From IMG/VR virus record IMGVR_UViG_3300012347_000366, positions 1 through 64,000 of that record: a stretch of DNA of 64,000 nt; one strand, given 5' to 3'. The position numbers and the translations under genes are program-made. Of the stretch, positions 15,811 through 25,820 are shown one piece after another. This stretch comes from a virus (lineage: Duplodnaviria > Heunggongvirae > Uroviricota > Caudoviricetes). Position 1 is the stretch's first letter, and every line of letters starts with the position of its first letter. A model generated the notes under the pieces. It worked only from the letters and a program-made list of their open reading frames with translations, was not told the origin of the DNA and ran no database searches.

Positions 15811-18105
15811 ATGAAAATTGCAGTTATTGATAAAGCACCGAACCGCACTCGTTACTCAGACTACTTTGAGTTTGAGTTCGACCATTTTCACATGAGTTCA
15901 GTGCCAATTACTAAGTTGCTGAAAAAAGACGTTGATCTAGAAGTTGACCTTACTGAATACGACTTTGTTATCTTGGTTGGTTCAGAGGCTGCCAAAGAGT
16001 ACGCAAAGATTACGTCGGTTACAAACATGGCCGGACAGCTTGTTAATGACAAGTTCATTGCTATCTCTAATCCAGCTATGTTGAGTTTTAAGCCAGAAGG
16101 TAAGCCTGACTTTCAGCGTGCTGTAGACCGTATTCACAAATATATCAAAGGCCAGCTAAAACCCAATATTCAGGGTGATTTTAAAGGCATTGATGATACT
16201 GCCGAAGCCAAGCGTTTCTTGCGCGAAGTGCTAGAAAACGCCCAAGGCTATGTTGCTTGGGATACGGAAACAACTTGTCTGTACCCACGCGATGGTTATG
16301 TGTTAGGCGTTTCTATGAGTTATAAAACTCAGCATGGTCGATATATTTTAACTGATTGTCTAGACGACGTGTGCCTAGACTTGATGCGTAAGATTGCCCG
16401 TGAGTTTTACACAGTGTTTCACAACATGAAGTTTGACTTTAAGATGATTAAGTATCACCTTGATATCGACTTCCCTCGTGATCGTGTACATGACACAATG
16501 GTTATGCACTACGTGCTAGACGAGACTGATAGTCATGGTTTGAAGCCGCTGGCCCTAAAGTACACAAACTACGGTGATTACGATTCGGAACTAGATGACT
16601 ATAAAAAGGCATACTGTGCTGCCAATGGTATGTTGCAGGATGACTTTACCTATGACCTTATTCCGTTCGACACTATTAGTCGTTACGCTTCGATTGACAC
16701 AGCCGTTACATACGACCTTTTCCATAAGTTCTGGCCCATTGTACGAGCTAATGACAAACTGCGTAAAGTTTATGAAGAAATCCTGATTCCAGGTACACTG
16801 TTCTTGATGGATATGGAAGAAGTTGGTATTCCCATGAGCACAGAGCGCATGGCTGCTGCCAGCAAGTACTTGGACTACGAGATTGAAGAAGCCAAAAAGG
16901 TTGTTTATAGTTTTGAAGCTGTCAAGCAATATGAAAAAGATTCGGGTAAAATCTTCAACCCTAACTCAGTTATGCAGCTTCGTGTTGTGCTTTTTGATTA
17001 TCTGGGACTTAATCCCACTGGTAAGAAAACTGCTACCGGAGCCGTCTCAACTGACGCAGAAGTGCTTGGCGAGTTGTCCGAAGAACATCCACTACCAGCG
17101 GCGATTTTAAAGGTACGACAACTTGGCAAAATTCAAAACACCTATATTTCAAAGATTTTACCGGAAATTGACCGCGATGGTCGTATTCGTACAAATTTTA
17201 ACCTTATCTTTACTACTAGTGGTCGTCTTAGTAGTTCTGGGAAGTTCAATGCTCAGCAAATACCTCGCGACGACCCTATTATCAAAGGTTGTATTCAGGC
17301 TCCAGCTGGCTATAAAATCGTATCGCAGGATTTGACCACAGCCGAAATGTATTATGCGGCTGTGTTATCGGGTGATAAGAATCTACAAGAAGTTTTCAGC
17401 TCAGGCGGTGACTTTCACTCAACGATTGCCAAAATGGTGTTCTCGCTACCATGTGCTGTTGAGGATGTTAAAAAGCTGTTTGGAAGTATGCGTCAGAGTG
17501 CTAAGGCTATTTCATTCGGTATTTTGTACGGTTCCGGAGCTAACAAAGTAGCGGCCACTGTTACCAAAGGTCTGCCAGATGGTGAAAGCTATCCAGTTGA
17601 ACAAGCTCGTGATGATATTAAACAATACTTTACAAAGTTCAGCAAGCTAAAGAAATGGCTTGATGATCGCAAACGTTTTATTGAAACTAATGGTTACACA
17701 TACTCATTCTTTGGCCGGAAACGCCGACTACCTAATGTCTTTAGCGCAGATAAAGGCATTGCAGCCCACGAAGTGCGTTCTGGAATCAACGCCGAAGTTC
17801 AAAGCCTTGCCAGTGATGTTAACTTACTTGGAGCTATGCGAACAGCTAATGAAGTGGCAGCAAAAGGGCTAGATGCTAAAATCTTTATGTTGGTTCATGA
17901 CTCGATTGTTGCGCTAGTAAAAGACGAAGATGTGGTGGAATACTGCGAGATCCTAAAGCGTAACACTCAACACCAGTGGGGGTGCGAGATTCCAAACACC
18001 CCAATCGGTGTGGATCAAGATATTGGAGAGGACTATAGCTTTGGACATTTTGTCGAAACATACGAAATTATCGGAGATAGTTTGGCCCGTGTTCAGGCTG
18101 GGTGA
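15811..18105 (+). CDS. family A DNA polymerase with 3'-5' exonuclease domain
   Basis: Exo I motif WDTETT; pol A motif B (RQSAKAISFGILYG) and motif C (LVHDS). Confidence 0.85.
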   Translation: MKIAVIDKAPNRTRYSDYFEFEFDHFHMSSVPITKLLKKDVDLEVDLTEYDFVILVGSEAAKEYAKITSVTNMAGQLVNDKFIAISNPAMLSFKPEGKPDFQRAVDRIHKYIKGQLKPNIQGDFKGIDDTAEAKRFLREVLENAQGYVAWDTETTCLYPRDGYVLGVSMSYKTQHGRYILTDCLDDVCLDLMRKIAREFYTVFHNMKFDFKMIKYHLDIDFPRDRVHDTMVMHYVLDETDSHGLKPLALKYTNYGDYDSELDDYKKAYCAANGMLQDDFTYDLIPFDTISRYASIDTAVTYDLFHKFWPIVRANDKLRKVYEEILIPGTLFLMDMEEVGIPMSTERMAAASKYLDYEIEEAKKVVYSFEAVKQYEKDSGKIFNPNSVMQLRVVLFDYLGLNPTGKKTATGAVSTDAEVLGELSEEHPLPAAILKVRQLGKIQNTYISKILPEIDRDGRIRTNFNLIFTTSGRLSSSGKFNAQQIPRDDPIIKGCIQAPAGYKIVSQDLTTAEMYYAAVLSGDKNLQEVFSSGGDFHSTIAKMVFSLPCAVEDVKKLFGSMRQSAKAISFGILYGSGANKVAATVTKGLPDGESYPVEQARDDIKQYFTKFSKLKKWLDDRKRFIETNGYTYSFFGRKRRLPNVFSADKGIAAHEVRSGINAEVQSLASDVNLLGAMRTANEVAAKGLDAKIFMLVHDSIVALVKDEDVVEYCEILKRNTQHQWGCEIPNTPIGVDQDIGEDYSFGHFVETYEIIGDSLARVQAG

Positions 18106-18592
18106 GCGCAAACCTGAGCAACATGATGGCTTAGTGTTTTATCACACGCACTATGTTGATGAAGCTAATACCGAGAGTGTAACCTTACGAATTGTAGACG
18201 ACGCTAACCTAAGTGGTAAAACACTTGGGTTACGTCGACTACAGCTTAAAAGCCAGGACGAAAATTTGTTTCCAATTCGCACAGCCATCTACTTTTTAGC
18301 AGACTTAGTAAAACTTGCAAAATCAACAACTTGGTTTGTTGATAGCAGTGGCAGAGTATTTCAATACGAAAAAAATACTCGCGCCAAACTGCAAACAAAA
18401 CCAATCAAACAAGTTTTACCTGCGGATGGTCTAGGGTGTGTGGTTGAATTGGTGGGCATTTCAAGCCGATTCAAATCACTGCAACGTCCTAGTGAACATC
18501 AGCACTTTGCCCGAGTACTAAAACTTGGTATGGGATTTATTTTTTATGGCTTTTGCGAAACAGTTAAGCCAGATAGTTGGAGAATGGTATGA
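18089..18592 (+). CDS. hypothetical protein; start uncertain (GTG at 18089 overlapping the polymerase end; ORF track 18008..18592 begins inside the polymerase)
   Basis: No ATG lies between the polymerase stop and the body of this ORF. Confidence 0.3.
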   Translation: MFRLGERKPEQHDGLVFYHTHYVDEANTESVTLRIVDDANLSGKTLGLRRLQLKSQDENLFPIRTAIYFLADLVKLAKSTTWFVDSSGRVFQYEKNTRAKLQTKPIKQVLPADGLGCVVELVGISSRFKSLQRPSEHQHFARVLKLGMGFIFYGFCETVKPDSWRMV

Positions 18593-18683
18593 AAATAACA
18601 AAACTTAGCTTAGATAAACTTAACAGAATGTTACGACTAGGCTTTGGATTACATGAAGGTGATTGGTTTGCTAGAGTTGATCT

Positions 18684-20003
18684 TTGGTACATCGGTATAA
18701 GGGTAGCATGGCCAAAGCAGTAATATCAAACCGAATATACATGGATAATCCTGGTGTAGAACATACCAAAACAGTTATCAAAGAACTTACTTATAAAATC
18801 AAAAAAGACACTGGTAGCAAGCAATTTGCTACCATTGAAACTATCAAGAACTATAAGGTGCTACCTAAAGGTATCTTGTCAATTCCGCAAGGTCGCCTAG
18901 ACTTAATACCGGAAGACTATGAAATCATTGATAAACGAGTACTTGAGGATGTTCCATTCCCAACACCTAAATTCGGTTTACGACCCGAACAGCAAGTCGT
19001 TTATGACCCAATCGACGATACCTGCTTTATCAATGCCCTTGTGGGATGGGGAAAGACTTTTACAGCCTTACACCTTGCACACAAGTTCGGACAAAAAACT
19101 CTTGTTATTACCCACACCGCAGCCTTACGAGACCAGTGGTGTGAAGAAATCGAAGTCTTATTCGGGACGCAGTGCGGAGTTATTGGTGGTGGACGAATGG
19201 ACCACACCGACCACTTTATCACAGTTGCCAATATCCAAACCTTATCCAAAGTTGCGCCGGAGCTGGCTAAGGAGTTTGGGACTATTATCTTGGACGAAGC
19301 CCACCACTGTCCTGCCACTACATTTGCACAAACAGTGGACGTTTTCCACGCCCGTTACCGCATTGCCTTAAGTGGCACAATGATTCGCAAAGACGGCAAG
19401 CACATACTTTTCCGTGATTACTTTGGGCCGGTTGTTTACAAACCACCGCAGTCTAATACCATGACTCCAACAGTGCACATTGTTAAGTCTGGTATTACAC
19501 TAAAGCCTGGAGCAACTTGGGTTGATAAGATCACGGACTTATGTTCTAGCGAGAACTATCAGCAGTTTATTGCTGGTTTAACCATGATGCACATTGAAGC
19601 TGGGCATCAAGTACTAATCCTTGCAGACAGAGTAGAATTCCTACAGAAAGTTAAAGAATATGTTGGTGAAGATTGCGCGCTTGTTACAGGCGACACCGAG
19701 TTTGAAGAACGAAAACTCGTCAAAGAGCAAATCCTCAGTGGAGAGAAAAAAGCTATTGCAGGCTCAAGGCAAATCTTCTCAGAAGGCATTTCTGTTAACA
19801 GCCTCAGTTGTGTAATCTTAGCAGTACCAATGTCAAACGATAGTTTACTAGAACAGGTCGTTGGTCGCGTACAGCGTATGCACGAGGGCAAACTAGAGCC
19901 GCTAGTTGTAGATATTAACTTTGCCGGTTTTGCCGATAAAAAACAAAACAATGATCGCCTTGCGCTTTATTTGCGTAAAGGCTGGAAGATAGTAACGGTA
20001 TGA
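18684..20003 (+). CDS. SF2 DEAH-type DNA helicase (T5 D10-like)
   Basis: Walker A GWGKT, motif II DEAHH, SF2 C-terminal motifs. A second Met at 18708 is an alternative start. Confidence 0.7.
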   Translation: MVHRYKGSMAKAVISNRIYMDNPGVEHTKTVIKELTYKIKKDTGSKQFATIETIKNYKVLPKGILSIPQGRLDLIPEDYEIIDKRVLEDVPFPTPKFGLRPEQQVVYDPIDDTCFINALVGWGKTFTALHLAHKFGQKTLVITHTAALRDQWCEEIEVLFGTQCGVIGGGRMDHTDHFITVANIQTLSKVAPELAKEFGTIILDEAHHCPATTFAQTVDVFHARYRIALSGTMIRKDGKHILFRDYFGPVVYKPPQSNTMTPTVHIVKSGITLKPGATWVDKITDLCSSENYQQFIAGLTMMHIEAGHQVLILADRVEFLQKVKEYVGEDCALVTGDTEFEERKLVKEQILSGEKKAIAGSRQIFSEGISVNSLSCVILAVPMSNDSLLEQVVGRVQRMHEGKLEPLVVDINFAGFADKKQNNDRLALYLRKGWKIVTV

Positions 20004-20014
20004 CAAATTTACAC

Positions 20015-20043
20015 TTGTCAGCACTTGGTCATTATGATATAAT
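20015..20043 (+). promoter_or_regulatory. sigma70-type promoter TTGTCA-17-TATAAT with AAATTTACACTTG box
   Basis: Read from sequence. Confidence 0.55.
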
Positions 20044-20061
20044 ATAGTCTGAGTTCAAGAT

Positions 20062-20439
20062 ATGGCACTCTTTTTCAACTTAGAATTACTGGAAGCAGAA
20101 TCTCAATGTGACCCTAAACTAATGTTAAGTATGCTTGAGCGGCATTTTGGCAGAAAGCTAATACCTAAAAACCATCGTGATAGAGTTACACTCAAAAACT
20201 TATCAGGACACAGCTTCTTACTAAATGCCTATCAGCTTTTTACTGACACAGCAGATATTGCACACAAAGCGCAATACATAAGATTAGCAGGACGACGCGA
20301 TTACAGTTTATACAAATTATATCGCGTTACTTACCTAGACTTAAGTTACTTTAAGGATATCGATACCAGCCTACTACAAACTAATCCTCTGCTCACAATA
20401 ACACAAAACAAAATATATTTCAAATACGAAAGCAACTAA
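20062..20439 (+). CDS. hypothetical protein
   Basis: ORF track. Confidence 0.4.
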   Translation: MALFFNLELLEAESQCDPKLMLSMLERHFGRKLIPKNHRDRVTLKNLSGHSFLLNAYQLFTDTADIAHKAQYIRLAGRRDYSLYKLYRVTYLDLSYFKDIDTSLLQTNPLLTITQNKIYFKYESN

Positions 20440-20441
20440 AA

Positions 20442-21083
20442 ATGGCAATTTCATTTAAAAACACCAAAGGCAAGGCTCAATCTAACAAAGTTGAGGCATA
20501 CGAATACAAAGACGGCGAAAACACAGTGCGATTGGTTGGCGGAGTTCTTCCCCGCTATATCTACTGGGTTAAGGGCAGCAACAACAAAGACATTCCAATC
20601 GAGTGCTTGGCTTTCAGTCGTGACAAAGAAAAGTTTGATAATCTGGAAAAAGATCATGTCCCAACATACTTTCCAGACCTGAAGTGTTCTTGGAGCTACA
20701 CAGTTAACTGTATTGACCCCAAAGACGGTAAAGTTAAGGCGCTGAACTTGAAAAAGAAACTGTTTGAACAAATTGTTTCAACAGCAGCTGACCTGGAACT
20801 TGACCCAACAGATTTTGACGAAGGCTTTGACATTGTATTCAACCGTGTTAAAACAGGCCCATTGGCTTTTAACATCAGCTACGATCTTAAGCCACTAAAG
20901 TGCAAAAAACGTGCTCTTACACCAGAAGAACGCGAAGTAGCTCAGGCTGCTAAAAACATTGACGAAAAGTACCCTCGTCCAACCGAAGCCGAAGTATTGG
21001 CATTGTTGGAAAAGATTACCTCTAATACTGATGACGAAGCTGGCGACGATGCCGCTCAAGAAGCAGTTAAAGAACTAGGTTAA
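20442..21083 (+). CDS. hypothetical protein with acidic C-terminal tail (DDEAGDDAAQEAVKEL), possible ssDNA-binding protein
   Basis: Acidic tails are typical of phage SSBs; sits in the replication module. Inference only. Confidence 0.35.
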   Translation: MAISFKNTKGKAQSNKVEAYEYKDGENTVRLVGGVLPRYIYWVKGSNNKDIPIECLAFSRDKEKFDNLEKDHVPTYFPDLKCSWSYTVNCIDPKDGKVKALNLKKKLFEQIVSTAADLELDPTDFDEGFDIVFNRVKTGPLAFNISYDLKPLKCKKRALTPEEREVAQAAKNIDEKYPRPTEAEVLALLEKITSNTDDEAGDDAAQEAVKELG

Positions 21084-21093
21084 TATACCAATA

Positions 21094-21133
21094 GCCCGTT
21101 AGATCTAAAAGGTTTAACGGGCTTTCTTATCTT
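21094..21133 (+). terminator. rho-independent terminator (GCCCGTTA...TAACGGGC then TTTCTTATCTT)
   Basis: 8-bp stem followed by a T-rich run. Confidence 0.6.
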
Positions 21134-21140
21134 ATACACA

Positions 21141-22106
21141 ATGAAAATACTATTTACAGCTGACGTACACATTAAGCTAGGTCAGAAGAATGTTCCAGTA
21201 GACTGGGCGCGTAATAGATTTAAGATGTTTTGTGAGCAGTTTGCTGAAATGCAGGCCGATGCTGATTTGGTAATTGTTGGTGGTGATGTATTCGACCGAT
21301 TACCAACAATGGACGAAGTAGAGCTTTACTTTGACTTTGTTGAGAGTTTTAAAAAGCCCACCTTAATCTATCCAGGCAATCATGAAATGTTAAAGAAAGA
21401 TACCACTTTCTTGTCAAATCTCAAAAAGTCCACACACCGACTAAACCCGCTGGTACGTCTAGTGGATGACTACTACGAGAATGTTGGGTTTGATTTAGAC
21501 ATTATTCCGTACAACAAGCTCAAAGATTTTGAAAAGTATGGTCGTGAGTTCTCTGGGCGTATCTTATGCACTCACGTTCGTGCAGAGATTCCTCCACACG
21601 TTAAACCAGAAGTAGACTTGGATATTTTTAACCGCTGGGACATAGTCTTGGCAGGTGACTTGCACTCATATGAAAACTCTCAGCGCAATATTCTTTATCC
21701 TGGCAGCCCTTATACTACTAGCTTTCACCGAAGCAGAGTCGACACTGGCGCTATTATCCTTGATGCTGATAATCTCAGTCATGAGTGGCGGAAATTCAAC
21801 TTACCGCAGCTCATCAAGAAAACAATCACTGCCGAAGAGGCCGCCACCTCCGCCAATGCCACCTCCTTTGACCACACAATCTATGAGGTGCAAGGCGATA
21901 TGCAAGAACTCGGAGAATTGCAAGATTCAGAGTTAATTGCTTCAAAAGTTATTAAACGCGACACAGATTCTGCACTAATGCTAGACCCTGAAATGTCGCT
22001 GGACGCTGAAGTCAAAGAATACTTGACTTATATATTAGAACTACCAGAACCAACTATTGATAAGGTTCTACAGGAGATGCAAAATCATGCTGAAAAACTT
22101 ACGTAA
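21141..22106 (+). CDS. Mre11/SbcD-like nuclease (T5 D13-like recombination endonuclease subunit)
   Basis: Metallophosphatase motifs DVH, GGDVFDR, GNHE, and a later His block. Confidence 0.7.
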   Translation: MKILFTADVHIKLGQKNVPVDWARNRFKMFCEQFAEMQADADLVIVGGDVFDRLPTMDEVELYFDFVESFKKPTLIYPGNHEMLKKDTTFLSNLKKSTHRLNPLVRLVDDYYENVGFDLDIIPYNKLKDFEKYGREFSGRILCTHVRAEIPPHVKPEVDLDIFNRWDIVLAGDLHSYENSQRNILYPGSPYTTSFHRSRVDTGAIILDADNLSHEWRKFNLPQLIKKTITAEEAATSANATSFDHTIYEVQGDMQELGELQDSELIASKVIKRDTDSALMLDPEMSLDAEVKEYLTYILELPEPTIDKVLQEMQNHAEKLT

Positions 22107-22362
22107 CTCAACTGCCGAAGTATGGTCACAAACTAACTGCCCTGCTTGTACCGAAGCCAAACGTATGCTAGACAACTTTGGAGTTCAGTATACTGAAAAA
22201 ATGCTAGGCATTAACGGTTTTACCAAAAAAGACTTGATTGAAAAAGTTCCACACGCTCGTAGCGTTCCGCAGATTTTTCTCAATGGTGAATATGTGGGCG
22301 GATTGCAAGAGCTAAAAAAGAAACTAGCAGATGATAACAATAAAAACACTAGCATGGTCTAA
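22087..22362 (+). CDS. glutaredoxin-like protein (CPAC active site); start taken at internal ATG 22087
   Basis: CPAC then ...ARSVPQIFLNGEYVGG, the classical glutaredoxin GSH-site signature. Confidence 0.6.
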   Translation: MLKNLRNSTAEVWSQTNCPACTEAKRMLDNFGVQYTEKMLGINGFTKKDLIEKVPHARSVPQIFLNGEYVGGLQELKKKLADDNNKNTSMV

Positions 22363-24169
22363 CGCTTTCAGTTACGGTGCAGACAACAAGATTGACTTTG
22401 CTGCTGCACCTCTTACACAACTTGTAGGTAAGAATGGTCACGGCAAAAGCTCTATTGCACTGATCTTAGAAGAAGTACTTTTTAACAAGAACTCCAAGTC
22501 TATTAAAAAGGCAGACATTATTAACCGCTATGTTAAAGCCAAGTCTTATACAATTGAGCTGGTATTAGACAAAGATGGTACTGAGTACAAGATTGTAACT
22601 GTTCGTGGTAGTACACAAACTGTTAAATTATACAAAGACGGTGCGGATATTAGTGCACACACTAGTACACAAACTTACAAGAACATAGAAGAAATTCTAG
22701 GCTTTGATCACAAAACATTCTCACAGATTGTTTACCAAAGTAGCTCTAGTAGCCTAGAGTTTTTAACTGCTCCTGATACAGCTCGTAAAAAGTTCTTGAT
22801 TGAGATTTTAAATTTAGGCAAGTATACACAGGCACAAGAAGTTTTCAAAGAAACAGCGCAAGAACTCAGCAAAGATATTGCACAAGTTCAGGCACAAGTT
22901 AACACAGTTAATGCTTGGCTAAACAAGTACTCGGGTACTGACCTAACGCTAAAAGAATATTGCGAGGTTCCCGTGGTGGACGATGCACTAATAACTGAAT
23001 CCACAGAAGTAGACAAACAACTAAAAAGCTTGGAGTTTATCAATAAAAAGATTACTCAAAACAATACTTATCGGCAAGTACAAGCAAAAATCAAGTTATT
23101 TCCTATTCCAGAAAAGCCAACTGAAGACCCTAAGCCGTTGCAAACAGAAGCTGGTGCACTAACCACCCAATCTGTGGAATTGTCAAAAACCATTCGCGAT
23201 TCGCAAGCATTTACCAAAAAGATCAGTGCTTTGCACGGAACGTGCCCGACTTGTTTGCAAGAAATTGATGAAGCCAAAATTGCTGAATTGATTGCAGAAC
23301 AAACAAAAATTCAAGAATCTGCGCAAGCCAGTAGTACTCGCATTGCTAACAGGTTAATGGAACTTGAAGAATTGCGTAGTGCTATTTCCAAAAAGCTGCA
23401 AGCCTGGGATACTGCCAACAAATCAAAAGAAGAGTGGGAGCGTTACCATGCACTAATTGATGATAGTATCCAAACAGATTTGCTAGACAAAAATGAACTA
23501 GAATCTAAGTTTATTGGACTACAAAAGTCTATTGTTGCCTTAAAAGAAGCTATTGCTCAAGCTGAAAAGCGTAACCTATCAGCAAGCGCACATAATGCCA
23601 AAGTTGAGATTGTTTCCAAGCAAATGGTCGAAATGAATGAGGAGTTAGAAAACTACTCAGTTAAGCTGCATGAGCTTTCAGAGCGCATGAGTATTATTAA
23701 CGTGTTGACTAAAACTTTTTCAACAACAGGTTTGGTTGCCTACAAGATCGAATGCTTGGTAAAAGACTTGGAAGAAATCACTAACAAATACTTGGTAGAC
23801 TTATCTGATGGAAGATTCCAAATTGCTTTCCGAGTAAACGCAAGCGATAAGTTAAACGTTGTTATCACAGATAACGGCAAAGATATTGAAATGTTAGCAC
23901 TGTCGGGAGGCGAACGTGCTAGAGTAAACGTAGCAACGCTTTTAGCTATACGTAAACTAATGCAAACTTTATCTAGTTCTAGAATTAACTTATTGATTCT
24001 GGACGAGACGGTTGAGACATTAGACGTAGATGGCAAAGAGCGTTTAATTGAAGTTTTATTGCGGGAAGAGCACTTAAATACCTTTTTAGTGTCTCATGGC
24101 TTTAGCCACCCACTGCTAGAAAAAGTAAACGTGGTGAAAAGCAATAACATATCACAAATTGAGGTATAA
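22331..24169 (+). CDS. Rad50/SbcC-like ATPase (T5 D12-like recombination endonuclease subunit)
   Basis: Walker A GKNGHGKSS, long coiled coil with CPTC zinc hook, ABC signature LSGGERARV, Walker B LLILDE. Confidence 0.75.
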   Translation: MITIKTLAWSNAFSYGADNKIDFAAAPLTQLVGKNGHGKSSIALILEEVLFNKNSKSIKKADIINRYVKAKSYTIELVLDKDGTEYKIVTVRGSTQTVKLYKDGADISAHTSTQTYKNIEEILGFDHKTFSQIVYQSSSSSLEFLTAPDTARKKFLIEILNLGKYTQAQEVFKETAQELSKDIAQVQAQVNTVNAWLNKYSGTDLTLKEYCEVPVVDDALITESTEVDKQLKSLEFINKKITQNNTYRQVQAKIKLFPIPEKPTEDPKPLQTEAGALTTQSVELSKTIRDSQAFTKKISALHGTCPTCLQEIDEAKIAELIAEQTKIQESAQASSTRIANRLMELEELRSAISKKLQAWDTANKSKEEWERYHALIDDSIQTDLLDKNELESKFIGLQKSIVALKEAIAQAEKRNLSASAHNAKVEIVSKQMVEMNEELENYSVKLHELSERMSIINVLTKTFSTTGLVAYKIECLVKDLEEITNKYLVDLSDGRFQIAFRVNASDKLNVVITDNGKDIEMLALSGGERARVNVATLLAIRKLMQTLSSSRINLLILDETVETLDVDGKERLIEVLLREEHLNTFLVSHGFSHPLLEKVNVVKSNNISQIEV

Positions 24170-24464
24170 AATGATTAAAATAGAACGAATTAGCGCTATT
24201 AAGCCTACTATCGAACGCAATGGTGTTCGTCAACCAGTAACACAGAACATGGTGGTAACACAAGCCGAACTAGACAGTATGGAAGCTGAGTCTGGTAGCA
24301 TCATGTATAGTGTTGATGAGCTGGAGGTAAAAACGGTTGATTTTCAACCCAGCAAAGCCACCACACCACCAGCTACTGAGCCAGCCACACCCACAGAGCC
24401 AGTACCTGCCGCCAAGGCTACCAAGCCTATCGTACAACCTGTACGTAAAACACCGCGTGCATAA
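24159..24464 (+). CDS. hypothetical protein with Pro/Thr-rich tail
   Basis: ORF track. Confidence 0.4.
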   Translation: MRYKMIKIERISAIKPTIERNGVRQPVTQNMVVTQAELDSMEAESGSIMYSVDELEVKTVDFQPSKATTPPATEPATPTEPVPAAKATKPIVQPVRKTPRA

Positions 24465-24922
24465 TGGTCGTAGACGCTAGAGCTAAAGGAGCACGTACTG
24501 AAACCACAGTACGTGATCTTTTAAAGAAACATACCGGTTTAGGGTGGGAGCGAGTACCTGGAAGTGGTGCCTTAGACCCTAAACATTTGCTAAAAGGCGA
24601 TCTTTATGTGCCTGGGCGAACTAATCTATGGTGTGTGGAAGTCAAAGGTTACGCAGAAGACCACCTTACTTCGCATCTGTTAACTTCAAAAACTCCGCAA
24701 CTAGTGGAATTTTGGGAACAAACTACACGTCAAGGCAAACAAGTAGAAAAGAAACCGCTTTTAATATTCAAGTTTAACAGAAGCAAAGTATTTGTGGCTT
24801 TTGACGATATGCCTAATTCGCAAAACTACCGATGCATTTACTACAATCACGAAACTCATGAGTTCTATGTAGCACTCCTAGAGGATTGGTTAAAGTATGA
24901 GCAACCTGAATTTGTAACTTGA
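24464..24922 (+). CDS. PD-(D/E)xK-type nuclease, possible Holliday-junction resolvase-like
   Basis: E...D(LYV)...EVK spacing (TETTVRD...GDLYVPG...VEVKG) resembles Hjc/RecU-type cores. Inference from motif only. Confidence 0.4.
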   Translation: MVVDARAKGARTETTVRDLLKKHTGLGWERVPGSGALDPKHLLKGDLYVPGRTNLWCVEVKGYAEDHLTSHLLTSKTPQLVEFWEQTTRQGKQVEKKPLLIFKFNRSKVFVAFDDMPNSQNYRCIYYNHETHEFYVALLEDWLKYEQPEFVT

Positions 24923-24947
24923 TTTAATAAGGTTAACAGTGTATAAT
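24919..24947 (+). promoter_or_regulatory. sigma70-type promoter TTGATT-17-TATAAT
   Basis: Read from sequence. Confidence 0.5.
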
Positions 24948-24974
24948 ATACACTTAACCACAAGAATATAACCA

Positions 24975-25820
24975 ATGAGTATTACATTTAAACAAGCTAC
25001 TGCAACCAATAATACACTTTTGATTGTAGACGCACTAAACTTGGCTTTTCGCTATAAGCATAGTGGAGCTACTGACTTCGCATTAGACTACATTCGCACA
25101 GTAGACAGTCTTAAAAAATCTTATAAAGCTTCGCACGTTATTATTGCTTGCGATCAAGGTAGTTCCACCTATCGCAAGGCACTTAGCCCTGAATACAAGC
25201 AAAACCGCAAAGACAAACAAGCTGAACAAACAGACGCTGAACGCGCTGCTTTTGAAATCTTTTTTGAAGACTTCTTAGCCACAATCAAACAAATCGAAGA
25301 AACCACAAGCTATCCAGTGCTAAAGTTTCAGGGCGTTGAGGCTGATGACATTGCCGCATACATTGTGTCACAAAAGTCTAAACTCAGCACTGACGATATT
25401 TGGTTGATCTCTAGTGATCGAGACTGGGATTTGTTGGTTGGCCCAGGCGTATCACGATTCTCCTATGTTACACGCAAGGAGGTTACCATTGACAACTGGA
25501 ATGACCACTATGACTTTGATCCAGAAGACTACATCAGCATTAAGTGTTTGATGGGAGATAGTGGCGATAATGTACTAGGCGTTGACAAGGTTGGCCCCAA
25601 ACGTGCAATTGAGTTGGTCAAGCAGTATGGCACAGCCTATGACATTGCTGCTAGTATTCCAATTCCTGGTAAGTATGTTTATATTCAAAACTTAAACAAG
25701 TGTAAAGATTTGTTGCTACTCAACTACCAGCTAATGGATTTGGTTACACATTGTGCCGAAGCCATTGGCGAAGAAAACCTCAAAACAATCAACGAAACAC
25801 TAGAAATTTACCTTAAATGA
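24975..25820 (+). CDS. flap endonuclease / 5'-3' exonuclease (T5 D15-like)
   Basis: N-terminal acidic motif LIVDALNLAFR, H3TH region LMGDSGDNVLGV. Confidence 0.7.
   Translation: MSITFKQATATNNTLLIVDALNLAFRYKHSGATDFALDYIRTVDSLKKSYKASHVIIACDQGSSTYRKALSPEYKQNRKDKQAEQTDAERAAFEIFFEDFLATIKQIEETTSYPVLKFQGVEADDIAAYIVSQKSKLSTDDIWLISSDRDWDLLVGPGVSRFSYVTRKEVTIDNWNDHYDFDPEDYISIKCLMGDSGDNVLGVDKVGPKRAIELVKQYGTAYDIAASIPIPGKYVYIQNLNKCKDLLLLNYQLMDLVTHCAEAIGEENLKTINETLEIYLK

Noticed and set aside
18008-18088. ORF-track start of the post-polymerase gene deep inside the polymerase coding sequence
   Set aside because: It is a GTG-initiated artefact. The only plausible in-frame start near the polymerase stop is GTG at 18089.
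1889-20465. Identical N-terminal MAISFKN in two unrelated proteins (1889.. and 20442..)
   Set aside because: Only seven residues are shared, with no further similarity. It is more likely a coincidence or a shared initiation-region preference than paralogy.
22057-22086. Longer N-terminal extension of the glutaredoxin ORF overlapping the Mre11-like gene by 50 nt
   Set aside because: The internal ATG at 22087 gives a conventional glutaredoxin N-terminus with a smaller overlap.
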